This document shows, piece after piece, positions 1 through 13,078 of a stretch of 51,066 nucleotides of DNA. This stretch comes from Chiloscyllium plagiosum (taxonomy: Eukaryota), in contig NC_057718.1 in the NCBI RefSeq assembly GCF_004010195.1, forward strand, positions 50,533,754-50,584,819. Direction: 5' to 3'. A program made the translations under genes and the position numbers. Each line of letters begins with the position of its first letter. Positions within the stretch are counted from its first letter, which is position 1. The notes beneath the pieces are model-generated. The model was not told the DNA's origin and searched no databases. It worked only from the letters and a program-made list of their open reading frames with translations.

Positions 1-196
1 TGGATGGTCTGGGAGATGATGGTTTGGTGGTGGGGGGTGGGGTCATGGTCAAGGGGGCAGTAGGAGGAGGTATCTGCGAGCTGGCATTTGGCCTCAGCGG
101 TGTAAAGGTCAGTGCGCGAGCTGGCATTTGGCCTCAGTGGTGTAAAGGTCAGTGTGCCAAACTACTACCGCGCCTCCCTTGTCTGCTGGTTTGAAG
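1..196 (-). mobile_element. Penelope-like element (family 1), RT N-terminal fragment running off the window start
   Basis: Minus-strand translation KPADKGGAVVVWHTDLYTTEAKCQL matches the PLE RT motif (I)KPADKGGAVVV. It is also the reverse complement of the sequence at ~29235-29370. Confidence 0.85.
76..155. repeat. 40-bp tandem duplication
   Basis: GCGAGCTGGCATTTGGCCTCAG(C/T)GGTGTAAAGGTCAGTG(C/T) occurs at 76-115 and 116-155. Confidence 0.95.
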
Positions 197-374
197 ACCC
201 CATTGAATGTTTTAAACCCAACTAACATCTCCAGTGGCCAAAGACCACAAAACATTCTGGAATGTCCGAGGCGAGGGGTGATTAAAAACACACACACACA
301 CCTGAAAGGCAACCCCTTCGGTGAAAGCTCAGTCAAGACTCTACTTGGTCCAGTCATGGATCGCTGACATCTCG

Positions 375-496
375 ACAGAGAGAGAGAGAGAGAAAGAGAC
401 AGAGACAGACAAGCAGAGAGAGACAGACAGAGACAGAGTCAGAGACTGAGACATACAAACAGAGAGAGACAGACAGAGACAGAGACAGAGACAGAG
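375..496. repeat. (GA)n/(GACA)n compound microsatellite
   Basis: Directly visible; it explains the spurious LCLCLSLS ORF at 341-532. Confidence 0.95.
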
Positions 497-1892
497 TGAA
501 GATCCACCCTGACCTGCGAGACCCATCTTCATGAAAAAGAGTCAGCCTTATTTCAGAAAGGAAGGAGATTCTAATGGCCCATCTGAAACATGTTGATTGT
601 TGCAGGTAGCATCTTTCTCAGATGGACACAGCAAGAGGGAGAGTAAACATTGAGGGAATTTGGTAAATGCTCACATGGCGTTTTTAATAAGTAATGTTTT
701 GTTAATGAACTCGAATTGAACCATAAACCAAATGCTGTGTCCCTTTGACATCCTCACTGACAAGAATGCTTGGGTAAAGTTTCTTTCATACACAAAGTGT
801 TCAAGGCAAGACAACACTATGTTCCACTGAGGCTTCACAAAAATGTCCCTATCTGCAATGATGGGAGAAACAGCGCATCAATCAAACTCAAGGTTAAAGC
901 ATTTGTAATAATCTTCAGCCAGTAGGGCCAAGAGAATGATTGATTGAGGCCTTCTCCTGATGTCACCAGCATCAGTGAAAGCCAGCCTTCAACCAATTTG
1001 CTTCACTCAATGTGATATCAAGAAACAACTGAAGGCCCTGGATTCTGAAAGGCTTTGAGTTTTGACACCATTTTGGTAGTAGTGCCAAAAACCTGTGCTC
1101 AAAAACTAATCCCAATTGTAGCTAAGCTTTTCCAAGAAGCTGGCATCGATTCAACTGTGAGAAAAATTGAACAGGTATGTCCTGTCCACAAAAAGCACAA
1201 AAATCCACCCTTGCCAATTACTGCTTTATCAATTTCCTCTTGATCATCAGCAAAGTGGTGGAAAACGTCATTGACAGTGGCTAAGCAATACTTCTCACTA
1301 ATGCTCAGTTATGTTTCAGTCAAGGCCACTCAGCTCCTGACTTCATTACAGCCTTTGTCTAAACATGGACAAAAACTCCAGAGGGGAGAAAAAAAATGAC
1401 AACATCAAGGGAGCATTTGACCAAATATGGTAAAAAGGATCTAAAACTGAGTCGCTGGAAACCAAGGAAAACTTCTGCTGGCTGGAGTCCTAACACACAG
1501 GAAGACTGTATTGGATTGTCACTCATCTGCCTATTACATCACCACAAGAGTTTCTCAGTGAAGTGTTCTGAACCCAACCATCTTCAGCTGTTAAATTATG
1601 CCCTGTGCTCCAACATAAGATCAGAAACAGGGACATTTGTTGGTGATTGCACTCCATTCAACATGATTCCTCAGATACTGAAGCAGTGTGTATCTATATG
1701 CGTCAAGCCCTGAGCCAAGATTCAGGCTTGGGCTGATAATTGGCAAGCAACGTTAGCACCAGCAATGACCATCTCCAACAAGAGCAAATTTACATGTCTT
1801 TTTATTGTGCAATGGCATTATCATTGCTGAATTTGCCCACAGCTAATATATTGGGTCTTACCAGTGACCTGAAACTGTACTGGACCAGCCAT

Positions 1893-2228
1893 GGAGGTGG
1901 CAGGGTGGCTCAGTGGTTAGCATTGCTGCCTTCCAGTGCCAGTCCATTCTCGGGTGACTGTCTGTGTGGAGTTTGCACATTCTCCCTGTGTCTGCGTGGG
2001 TTTCCTCCAGGTGCTCCAGTTTCCACAGTCCAAAGATGTGCAGGTTAGGTAAATTGGTAAAGTCAAATTGCCCATAGTGTTCAGGGATGTGCAGGGTAGT
2101 TGGATTAACTATGGGAAATGCAGAGTTACGGGTAGAGGTTATAAGGAGGTGTCTAGGTGGGATGGTCTCCGGAAGGTCGGTGTTGACTTGAAGGGCTGAA
2201 TGCTTCCACACTATTCTAGGGATTCTGT
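1893..2228 (+). mobile_element. HE1-type SINE (tRNA head, V-domain, CR1-derived tail), diverged
   Basis: A-box GTGGCTCAGTGGTTAGCA and core TGTGTGGAGTTTGCACATTCTCCCTGTGTCTGCGTGGGTTTCCTCC are shared with four other copies in the window. Confidence 0.9.
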
Positions 2229-2624
2229 ATAAATACTGTGGCTAAAAGAACACATCAGAGATTAAGAATACTGTAGCAAGTAACCTGCCTCCTGACTCCC
2301 CAAAGACAGTTCATCATCTACAAGGCAAAAGTCAAGAGCATGAAGGAATACCCTTCACTTGCCTGGATAAGTGCAGTTCAACTGCAATCAAGCAGCTTGG
2401 CATCATGCAAAGCAAGACAGTCCATTTGTTTGGTATCTCACGTACCATCTTCAAACATAGTCTTTGCTATATAAAAGATGCATTATTGTAACTCACCAAA
2501 ATTCCTCTGATGGCCCCTTCTACTCTTGCAAACTCTGTTGCCGGAAGGACAAAGGAAATTGATTTATGCCACTAGTTGCAAATTTCCACCAAGTCAGATT
2601 CAGAAATTCATCAACAATCTTTTT

Positions 2625-2840
2625 GTTTGCCTGGCCCTTTTGCCTCTTTTTCACTGGGTCTCATTTCCACGTACTGTATTCACTCCCTCAGTCCCGTCAT
2701 CATCATAAACACCACTCTTTTCCAACTGTTGTCAGTTCTGTTGGAGGCTCACTGGTCTTAAAACATTAACTTTGTTTTTCTTTTGACAGATGCTGCCAAA
2801 CCTGCTAAGTTTGTCCAGCACTCTTTTTTTTTGCTTGCAA
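2625..2840 (+). mobile_element. PLE terminal fragment (family 4), degenerate
   Basis: ACAGATGCTGCCAAACCTGCTAAGTTTGTCCAGCA matches the arms at 28390-28430 and 48200-48310. Confidence 0.6.
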
Positions 2841-4682
2841 TTACAATGCCATTCCTTCACTGTTGCTGGATCAAAACCCTGAAACTCCATTCCTAACAGT
2901 ACAATGAGAGTCTCTACACCTCATGGACTGCATTCTCTCAAGAATCACTACCGTCTTTCCCAGGAAATTAGGGACGGACAATAAATGTTGGCCTGGCCTG
3001 CAACACCTGCATGCCATGAATAAATCAAAGACAATCCACTTCATATCGCAGCTTTCTTAACCAGTTCAATTTCTGATATACTTTGTCTTCCCAAGGTAAC
3101 TGAGGTGGTTCAGGTATATTTCACATTGAAAAATATCAGCCATTGGTCCATTTATCAATTTGTGCATGACCCATTAGACACAAGATAACTATTATCCTAC
3201 TGTATTTCTATATCAAGTTTCCAAGGTGAGCAAATGGCTCTAATCTATTTCCAAGATTTCTAAAGAGGTCAAACTTGTAGTGCTGGAAATACATGAATCC
3301 CAAAGTATGGTGAAAGTAGGTTTGCAGTAATCAGCAGTGACACACCTTTATGTGGAATTCTCAATTCATACACTGAGGAATGGGAAGGCTCCATCTCAAA
3401 AGTGAATCAGAGCACACAATGAAATGTATTATTGTGTGTAGGGAATTTCTTAATGAGTGTACATGTATCATAGGAACCTAAAAGAGATAGCAACACAGAA
3501 CATGAATGCATTGGTTGTAAATTTCCAAATATCATTGGATTCTGGAAAAGTACCAGAGGATTAGACAACCGCGAATGCCTCACACCTTTTCAAAAAGAAA
3601 GGGAGGCACAAACTGGATAATTATAGGCCATTAGGCAACATCTATTATTAAAGAAGTAATAGCTGAACAATTAGAAAGTCATAATCGAATCAAGAAAAGT
3701 CAGTATGGCTTTATGCAAGGGAAAATCACATCTGACCAATTTATTGACAGTTTTTTTTTGAGAAAGTCTCAACCAGAGTGGATAGAGGAGAACAATTAGA
3801 TGTACGATATTTGGACTTCCAGAAAGCATTTAACAACGTACCTCACAAAAGACTAAGTCATAAGACCCAACAATGTCAGTGGCAGTATATTGGCTTGGAA
3901 AGAGAATCAGCTTAGGGGCAAGAAATAACAAGTGGGGATAGGAGGTTCTGTTGCATGTTGATGAACCATGATCAGTGGTGTTGCACAGGGATCATTGCTG
4001 ACACTGCATCTGTCTACAATAGATGTTAATGACTTGGAGGAAGGAGGTGAATGTTCTGAGCCACATTTACAGATGACACTAAAATAGATGGAAAGGCAGG
4101 TTTTGAGATTAAAACAAACAGCTTGGAGAGATACTAATAGATTAAGTAAGTGGGCAAAAGTTTCACAAATGGAGTATAACTTGGTAAAATGTGAAGTTAT
4201 CAATTTTGGAGGGGAGAACAAAAGAGCAAAATATTATTTAAGTGGAGAAAATTGCAGAAAGCTGCAACACAAAGGGACTTGGAGGATATTTGTACATGAG
4301 ACACAGAAAGTGAGCACAGAGGTGCAGCATGTAATCAGAAGGGCTAATGGAATGTTGACCCTTGTTTTAATGGGATTGGAGTATAGGAACAGGAAAATCT
4401 TACTGAAACTGTACAAGGTACTGGGGTGTGAGACCACATCTGGAGTACTGAGAGCAATTTTGGCTCCATTATTTAGGGAAAGATATAATTTCCTTGGAGT
4501 AGTTCTGAGAAGTTTTGACAAGGGGTTTGACAAGGTAAATGCTGAGAGAATCTTTTCCTTCATGGAAGTCTAGAACTGGAATTGCAGAATAAGCGGGTGC
4601 CAATTTAAGACTGAGATGAGGAGGAGTTTCTTCTCTCAGATCATTGTAAGCCTTTAGAAGTCCTTGTCGCAGAGAGTTGTGG

Positions 4683-4851
4683 GGACACAGTCCTTGTGTA
4701 TATTTAATATTGAGATAGATAGATTCTTGATCAGTAGGAGAATCAAGGGTTACAGGGAAAGGATAGGACACAGTCCTTGTGTATATTTAATATTGAGATA
4801 GATAGATTCTTGATCAGTAGGACAATCAAGGGTTACAGGGAAAGGATAGGA
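4683..4851. repeat. 83-bp tandem duplication
   Basis: 4683-4765 is repeated at 4766-4848 with one mismatch, and GGA recurs at the junctions. Confidence 0.95.
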
Positions 4852-4869
4852 AATGAGGTTTTTATTTTT

Positions 4870-5202
4870 AAAAAAATTCAGTCAAGGGATGAGGGCATCA
4901 CGGGCTACTCTATTATTTATTGCCCATTCCTAGTTGTCCAGATGGCAGTTAAGAGTCAACCACATTGCTGTCGGTCTGAAGACACATATAGGCCAGACCA
5001 GGTAAGGATGGCAGATTCCTTCCCTAAAGGATATTAGTTAACCAAATTGTTTTTCTTGATAATTAACAATGGATTCATGATCATCACTAGACGTTTAATT
5101 ACACCATCTGCCATGGCAGGATTTGAATCCAGGTCACCAGGACATCACCTGGATCTCTGGATTAACATTCCAGTGATAAGACCATTAAGTGATCGCCTCC
5201 CC
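4870..5202 (-). mobile_element. tRNA-derived SINE (family B) sharing its 3' tail with LINE family A
   Basis: Reverse complement of the 27499-27805 copy. It has the head GGGGAGGCGATC and B-box GGATTCAAATCC, and the tail GATGGGCAATAAAT. Confidence 0.8.
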
Positions 5203-7438
5203 TGACAGGGAGTGTTAGATCAGCTATGATCCTATTCAATATGGAGCAGGCTTGAAGGACTGAACAACCTACTCCTGTTCCTTTTTGTTATGGTCTTGCC
5301 TACATACCAGAAGTATGCATGGATGGGACATTCAAGCATATTTCCTCAAAAATACATTTCTTGTGGAGACCAATAAAAATAGTGGGGAATTCTTGATTCT
5401 CAGGGGTTCTCATGGCCACACCAACTATTTCTGCTCATAAGGTGTTAATAAAACTGAACTTGACTGTACAAGTTGCTGAATTACACGTTCACTGAATATA
5501 AATTCAGGTACTGATGTTGCATCTGTATTTCAGTGATATATTGATGCAATGCAAATATCAATGCTTTCCTTTAGCAGTATGCTCGTGAATGAGCTCTCAG
5601 TGTTGGACCAGCACATAGACAAGGTACTTCTATCAATATGGAGGTCATGTTTAGACTTTGCAAACCTGACAACAGAACTAGAGTCTCATTTCAAGCAAGC
5701 ACAATGATGTTCCTAATGGTGATTCTAAATTCAGATCTGGTGATCCATTGGATCTGTTGGCAATGATATCCATGCAGCATTGATCAAAAGCAGACTATTA
5801 AATATTTGTTAGATTTATGCGAGATGCTGCTTTGTAATGTCTATGATAATATTCATTCTTGTGCTCCCCTTGGTCATGTGTGTTTGCCTGCTGAAGACAT
5901 GTAACGATGATGTCTCTATGTGCTCTATGTTAGCAGTAAGCAGTTTTGTGTACCTGAATTGACCAAATGGTTGAATGGATTACTGCATGCAGTTCTAAGT
6001 GAATATTTTACACAGAGTGAAGGTCCTTCACATTTATGAAGACTACTCATGGCAAACAAATGAGACCACCAATTCCTCCATGAAATGTGCCCAAAGGTTG
6101 TGTTTTTTATTCATATTTTATCTACTGCAAAATACTACTCCAGCAAGTATCGAATAATTTCACACAATGTGTGATCCAAATATCTTCATTATGTGGTGAA
6201 ATGGAATTGCTACATCTGCACCTTTTGGTTGTGGGTGTAATGTATAATCCAATAACATTGTAATGCAATACTTTTGTGTTCCACAGACTTTCAAATCTAT
6301 GATAATAATTACCTCTGTTGAATCAGAATACTTCCATTAGCTTAATGCCTTTTACAATGCCTGGGAAGAACAATCCAGAATTGAAAAGAAGAGATAATTA
6401 AGGTGAACACTGAAGACATAAAATTGGATCTCATTTTGTACCTTTCTATGACCTGTCAACGATAATTAGCATTCCATCAAACTTTAAAATTAGAGCAACA
6501 AATTGAAACATTTTTTCTTTGCATGAGATGTATCCATTATGTTGAGCATCTACCCTCTCTGGGTCTAATTAAAAAGTGCTATTTAAATCGAAAAAAAATT
6601 GCATCATTTGGAGCTTTGTGCATGACTGATTTAGACATCAATTGATGGAATTATTCTATTTGCAATAGTATTACTGCCTGTTTAGTGCTTCTGGTAGAAT
6701 GGTTACACTGATGTTAAACCTAGTTTTGGCATCATTATTGCAAACTTGCATTTTGTGCAGTTAATTAGTCATGAAATGTTGTTGCACAAGGAGTAAATCA
6801 AAGTAACTATAAAGGGACAGAGTTGACTTAAATAAGTCTACCAGATTTTGTATGGCTGTATTGTTAGTTCATTATGTACTCCAGGGGTACATTTGATAAA
6901 ATGTTTGACATCTAGCAGTTCATAAAAGAAATAATCATAAATTTAATATATTTTCAGCAAAAATGGTAGTAATACCATTCATAAACATATTGAGAATCAT
7001 TGCATTCTCTGATACAACTAAAATGTTTGAGAGTTTGAGTCACATTTGATTATTATAATGAAATGTCAAAAACATTGACAATCTGGTCCTGTACTGTGTC
7101 ACTGAGAATAGATCAGTGTGAGCACTATGGGTATTTTGGCAAGTAAACTGACCTCATAAATCATCCGATTTAAACACTTTGGATAAACTGATTCCACATA
7201 GTTGCCCAGCAGAGAATACCTGCTCGAAGCATAGGTAGACCATGTTGGAAGGCAACAAAGCTGTTAATTGTGCTCATACAATTTAAAGGAAGATGACCAC
7301 TTAATATTCAAGATATGCAAATATTTTATAAAGAAAAAAGACAAAAGCACTACTAGAGGGAGAACAAAACAGGTAGTCCAAAGGAAAGGATGAAAAATCC
7401 TAATGGAAAGTTTAAAAAGAGTTTATGAGCAAGATTTG

Positions 7439-8109
7439 TGTAAGGTATAGGATTAAAATTGTACAGAATAAGGGAACAGTGTTGTTTCTGCAAAAGCTTA
7501 CATTATAAAATTAGGCTGCACATGCAAATACTAAACAGTGAGAAGCGAAAACAGATAGAATTATCTCTGACTAATAGGGCAGAGCAATCATGGAGCAGGA
7601 TGTACCAGGCATAGGAGAAGCAAAAACAGGCCGAATTATCTATGACCAATAGGGCAGGCCGACCGTGTAGCGGGATGTACCAGTAACAGGAGAATAGTGT
7701 GCCAGTCTCAGGAGGGATGTGGCCAACGGATGGAATTTAGTTTGACAGGATGATCGCACAAAGACAGCAAACTATACCAGGATAGTCACATATAAGGAAT
7801 GAGATAAATAAGAGTAAGGGGCGACAGGCTTAGAGTAATGGGAGAAGTAAACAGAGGCGGAGAGAAGCTAGACAAAGGTGGAGTGAAGCTAGAGCTTGTG
7901 ATAAGCTACGTGCTACAGTAAAAGTAACCAATGGGCTGAAAGGGGAGGACCAAGAGACGCAGCTGAACAGCATAAATCAGAATATAACCCTTAGATCGAG
8001 GTGCTTACTCGTTAGGCACCCGTTCTTGAAAGTACGTATCAATAAAATTCGCTGCTTCAGAATTTGACTCGGACTGAAATTTATTAATATATGAGTTTTG
8101 TTTCGCACA
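7439..8109 (+). mobile_element. Solo LTR (671 bp) with 5-bp TSD
   Basis: Begins TG (7439) and ends CA (8109), with ATTTG at 7434-7438 and 8110-8114. It has 75-bp-period internal repeats (7558, 7633), TATAA at 7983 and AATAAA at 8041. Confidence 0.85.
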
Positions 8110-8488
8110 ATTTGGAAACAGAATGATGCAGCTGTCTTTTGCTGCTTGGAGAAATTGATTTTTTTTATTACACAGGGTGAGTTGGTTAGACTTACCACCC
8201 TTAGCTACTTACCTCTCAACACAGCATTGGCTGACAGATGTTGATAAAACAAAAAAAAATGAATGCTCGTCATGATTAGTGAAATCTGAGAAATTTAAGA
8301 TGAGACATGAAGGAAAAGAGTACTCACAGAATAAACAGGGAGCATCTGTGCGAGATTACTTTGAGAAAATGAATGTGGAAAACATTTGCTTCTGTAAAAC
8401 CTTTACATGAGATTTCTTTTAATCTCCTCCCATTAACTATTTTATCCTTACTGTCTACGTATAGATTATTCATTGAAAACTCAGACTT

Positions 8489-8835
8489 GGGGCAGTACCA
8501 TTGGCTCAGTGGTTAGCACTACTGCCTCACAGCACTAGGAACCTGGATTCTATCCTTGCCTCAGGCAACTGCCTGTGTGGAGTTTGCACATTGTCCGTGT
8601 CTGCATGGGTTTCCTCTGAGTGCTCTAGTTTCCTCCCACAGTCCAAAGATGTGTAAGTAAGGTGGACTGGCCATGCTAAATTGCCTATAGTGTACAAGTA
8701 ATTGTAGGCTAGCTAGATTAACCAGGGTAGATGCAGAGTTACAGGATATAGTGGGATGTTCTTCAGAGAGTTGGTGTGGACTCTATGGGCTGAATGGCCA
8801 CCTTCTACACTGTAGGTATTCTGTTCTTTTCTATG
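8489..8835 (+). mobile_element. HE1-type SINE, diverged
   Basis: Same A-box and core as the other HE1 copies. Confidence 0.9.
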
Positions 8836-8839
8836 GTAG

Positions 8840-11530
8840 AGGTAGCCATGAGGAAGAATTCACAGAGTATATTCAGGATAGATTTCTGGAAATAATATGT
8901 TGTAGATCAAACCAGGAAACAATCTAATTTGGAGCTGGACTTGTATCATGAGGCAGGTTTAATAAATGATCTCAAAATAAAAGATCACCAAAGATAAAAT
9001 GACTACAACATGGTAGTATTTAACAGTGACTTTGAGAGTGAAAAGCTTGGGTTGGAAACAACTGTGCTAAACTTAGAATATTGGTAACTATGAAGGAATG
9101 GGGACAAGTTGATTGGAATGACCGAGAAAGGGAGTTTTACAGAAAAATTGTTTGATGAACAATGGCAGACTTTTATGAAAGTAGTTCATGACTCACAGCA
9201 AATATATGTTCCAGTATGAATATCGATTCTACAATCAGGATGAACCACCCTGATTAACTAAGCAAGTTAAGGATAGTATCAAAGTGAAGGAAAATGAGAA
9301 AGGCATTGTGGCAAAGGCATTGTAAGCAAGATGATTGGGGAAGTTTAAAACAAAAGATGACCAAAAAGTATAAAAAGGAGAAAGTAAGATTTGAGAAATA
9401 ACAGGCAAGTCCAGCAAACTTTGTTTCAATTGGCGTTCTTGATAAACTGCAAAAATTATGTATCTTAAATACCAAAGTTTACTGTATTTTCATGATCTCT
9501 GCGATGTCCAAATAGTCAGTTGAGGGTACAAGTGAGAAGGCTGTCTGCTGATAAGTTTTATTTAAGGCAAGGTTGCATTATTATTTAAGTAATGTTGTAG
9601 AAGTATAACAACAATGTGCACACCCTCTGCATTATGTTCTATTACTTAATCTGTGTTTTTACATTGATCATGTAGATCTCTTGATCAACCAGAATATTTG
9701 GAATATAGTCCTGATCTCATTGGTGATGGTTAATACAAAGTTTGCTGTAATATAAAAATGGACAGTAAGTGCTTCCTTAAGGAGGAAAGGAAAGACCAAA
9801 GTGAACCCAGGCCCTGTGGAGAACAGGACAAGGGAAAATAATAATGAGGAAAAAGGAAACAGCAAAGAAGTTGAATAAATTCTTTGCATCAATCTACATA
9901 GTCAAAGACATTAATAATGTTCGAAAAATATTAATGAATCAATGGACAAATGTGCTGGGATGTGGTGTTAATAGATATAATAACTACAACTAGAAAAAAT
10001 GTACTAGGGAAGGTAATTGGGCTAAAGACAATAAGAACCCTGGATTTGATAGATTGACCCTAAGATGATAAAAGAAATGGATGCAGGGATAATGCACTCA
10101 AGGTAAAAAGCTTCCAAAAAATCTTAAGTTCTGCATGAATTTGTTAGAGGAAAATCTTGTCTGACTAATTTAGTTAATTTTTTTGAAAAGTTGACTAAAT
10201 ATATTGAGAGGATAATGCAGTTGGTGTGGTTTACATGGACTTCAGTAAACCTCGATAAAGTGTGGCACTGAAAAAGTATAGCAGATCAGGCAGCATCCAC
10301 GGAGCAAGAGAGTCGACGTTTCGGCAGGACCCTTCCCAAAACATTGACTCTCCTGCTCCTCCAATGCTGCCTAACTTGCTGTGCTTTTCCAGTGCCACAC
10401 TTTATTGACTCTGACTCTCCAGAATCTGCAGTCCTCACTATCCCTCAGACTTCAGTGAGACCCATGACAAGGTCATATATAGAAGGCTAGTCCATAAGGT
10501 CAGAGCCCATGGGAAATAAGGCAAGGTGGCAAACTGGATCCTAAATTAGCTTACAAACAGGAGGCAAAGGGCAATATTGGAGGGTTGTTGTTGTGATTGG
10601 CAGCCTGTGACCAGTGATGTATCATAGCTTCGGTGCTGGGACCCTTGTTATGTACATTAACAACTTGGATGTGAGTGGAGAAGGCATAATTAGTAAGTTT
10701 GCTAACGACATGAAAATTGATGTTGTTGACGTAAGGTGCATGGTCTCAAACTACAGTCTGATATTGATCAGGTGGTAAATTTGGAGGAGGAATGGCAGAT
10801 GGAATTTAATTCTGATAAGTGCAAGCTGATGCCTTTTGTGAGATCTAATACAGGAAGGATATACACAATGAATGGTAGGTTCCTCAGACTGAGGAACAAA
10901 GCAATCTTGGTGTACAAGTCCATAGATCAGGTGTCCAGACAGGCTGATAAGCTGGTAGGGGAGACATACAGGATACAGGTCTTAATTAGAACAGGGAATA
11001 GAATATAGTAGGAAGGAAGTCTTGTAACAACTTTATAAACATTGATTAGGCTGCAGATGGAGTACTGTATGCAGTTCTGGCCACCACACAATTGGAAAAA
11101 TGTGACTGCAGTGGAGACAGTGCAGAGAAGATTCACCAGGATGGAAAGTCTTAATTTTGAGGAGAGACTGGATGAGTTGGGTTTGTTTTCCCTGAGGAGA
11201 TATCCAATTGAGGTGTACTAAGTTATTCAAGACAGAAGATCATGAGAATCTCTTCTCTTTGGCAAAAGTGTCTAAGACCAGAGGACATAAATTTAAAGTG
11301 AGTAACAAGTGGTTTAAGAAGGGATCTGTGGAAGCATTTTTTTCACCCAGAGAGTGGTACATATATGGAGCATGATTACTGAGAGAGTGGTGCAATCAAG
11401 TATTCCGTAACATTTGAAAAGCACCTGGTTGAATACTCAAAATGCCAGTGCATAATTGGCTACGGACCGAGTGAAAACAAATAAGATTAGTTTAGATTTT
11501 GTTGATCACCAAACCAAATGGACCCTGTAG
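8840..11530 (+). mobile_element. Mosaic of decayed CR1 ORF2 fragments (endonuclease end, RT, 3' end)
   Basis: Contains VYMDFSK (~10228-10250), KFANDMKI (~10695), WQMEFNSDKCK and EYCMQFWPP, with many stops. Confidence 0.8.
10252..10447. mobile_element. Fold-back PLE-end element (family 1) inserted in the CR1 MDFSK motif
   Basis: Inverted arms ATAAAGTGTGGCACTG...CAGTGCCACACTTTAT; GACTTCAGT is duplicated at 10238-10246 and 10448-10456. Confidence 0.85.
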
Positions 11531-12887
11531 ATCCATACTCTAAAACAATGCTAACAGCAAACCTATCCCACCATGAGGAATAGTTCAGACAGCAGACAGC
11601 ATTGTTCAACACAGTGATCAGTGCTGAAGATCACTCATAAAATAGAATCCTTGGAGAAATATGCCAGTGTGTACTAAAATTATATAAAAGGAGCAAAAAG
11701 TACTGAACAGAACTTACTGAATTTAAAAACTGAGGTATGGAGGAATAAGGAAACTATTCAATACACGCAAATGAAATGCACAGAGAACGGTTGGAGAAAA
11801 TAGTTTGAGAGAAATCAATGATGCATCATCACTTGTAATTAAGTCAGTCATTAACAAAGGTCAGCTGGTTAATTTATAGTTAACATGCTTAATTTGCTTG
11901 ATTCTATCTAATTTACCACTGGTGGCAAATTTACATTTGTAAGTGTGTTAAATCACATGCCCTTGCTTGATCAATAATTACACCTAATTACCTTACATTG
12001 ACTATCCAAATGGACTTAGCTGATAATTACGGGATGATCCAAGATCACATTTTAAAAATTCTCTAGACTATGGAGGTAAAATCAAACAGTATGTTTGCCT
12101 TTTTTGCCCCTGATTACTGTTCAATAGAAATATACTTATGTGTAGATGGGACAGCTTTGATTTCTCCTACAAACCATATCACTTGCACACTCTTCAAGAC
12201 CTCATTGTTATGACCTCATGGTTTGAAATACAATAATGTACAAATGTCCTTCCTAGTCAACCATAGTTTTGTAACCTCTATCATGAGGCAGAATCATTGC
12301 AGGCAACATCATCCAGGATTTGCACAAATTCTGTACTGACCAGACTGTTAGTTACTGAGATGAAGCTGACACTGAGTGTGGTTAAAAAAAGGCACAGCTC
12401 CTGACAGAGTGAAACAGGAATACGCAGAGTTGTGAAAACTGCTGTAAGCAACTGAAATAAGTTTAAATACAACAAAAGAGCAGTATGCAGCTGAAAGACA
12501 AGGTAAGAGAAAATGGTTGCACCTCTGCCTCTCCCAGCTCTAGTTGAAATGGAAGGTGCTATGAAGCAAAACTAGGAGGTATGACATGCATAATTACAAA
12601 ATTATGAAATTGTAACAGATTTGTTGAACAAGCCAGAGCAGCTATTCATCACTACACTCTCACGACTGTTGGGAGGAAATGGTTTCAAAGGTTATTCCAT
12701 CAAAATCTTTTTGAAAAAAAAACAAAGACTTGAAATTTTGAAAATGCTTGAAATCAAATGGACATAACATATTGTTCATAAGTTAAGGCCTGTTGTTACA
12801 AAAGAGTCATGATCAATTGACCTTTATTAACGCAACTCAGATAATCATGTGAATTTGTACAACTGAAAGATGATCTAATTTAAAACT

Positions 12888-13078
12888 TGGAGAAAGTGAA
12901 GACTACAGATGCTGGAGGTCAGAGTCGAGAGTGTGGAGCTGGAAAACACAGCAGATCCGGCAGCAGCCGAGGAGAAGGAGATTTGACGTTTCGGGACGGG
13001 CTTATGCCCAAAACATTGATTGTCCTACTCCTCGGATGCTGCCTGACCTGTTGTGCTTTCCAGCACCACACTCTTGAC
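12888..13078. mobile_element. Fold-back PLE-end element (family 1) with 14-bp TSD
   Basis: TCTAATTTAAAACT at 12874-12887 and 13079-13092; inverted arms GAGTCGAGAGTGTGG...CCACACTCTTGACTC. Confidence 0.9.

Larger units (their letters stand above)
870..3025 (+). mobile_element. Decayed non-LTR LINE (CR1/L2 group, family A): RT and 3' end, interrupted by an HE1 SINE and a PLE end
   Basis: RT-like peptide KIEQVCPVHKK..NPP followed by SLIISKV, broken by stops. The 3' tail GGACAATAAATGTTGGCCTGGCC at ~2976-2998 is shared with copies at ~26380 and ~39720. Confidence 0.75.
3500..5300 (+). mobile_element. Decayed CR1 LINE, RT to 3' UTR, with a SINE inserted in the 3' UTR
   Basis: Contains YLDFQKAF (3808-3831), a DDTK-like motif (~4070) and WAKVSQMEYNLVKCEVINFG, with multiple stops and frameshifts. 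Confidence 0.9.

Noticed and set aside
301..333. CCTGAAAGGCAACCCCTTCGGTGAAAGCTCAG resembles a hammerhead
   Set aside because: The core is CUGAAAG rather than CUGANGA, and there is no stem I pairing.
6287..6402. Strong splice acceptor (TTTTGTGTTCCACAG) followed by a possible exon
   Set aside because: There are stops in all three frames, and sequence alone gives no support for a non-coding exon.
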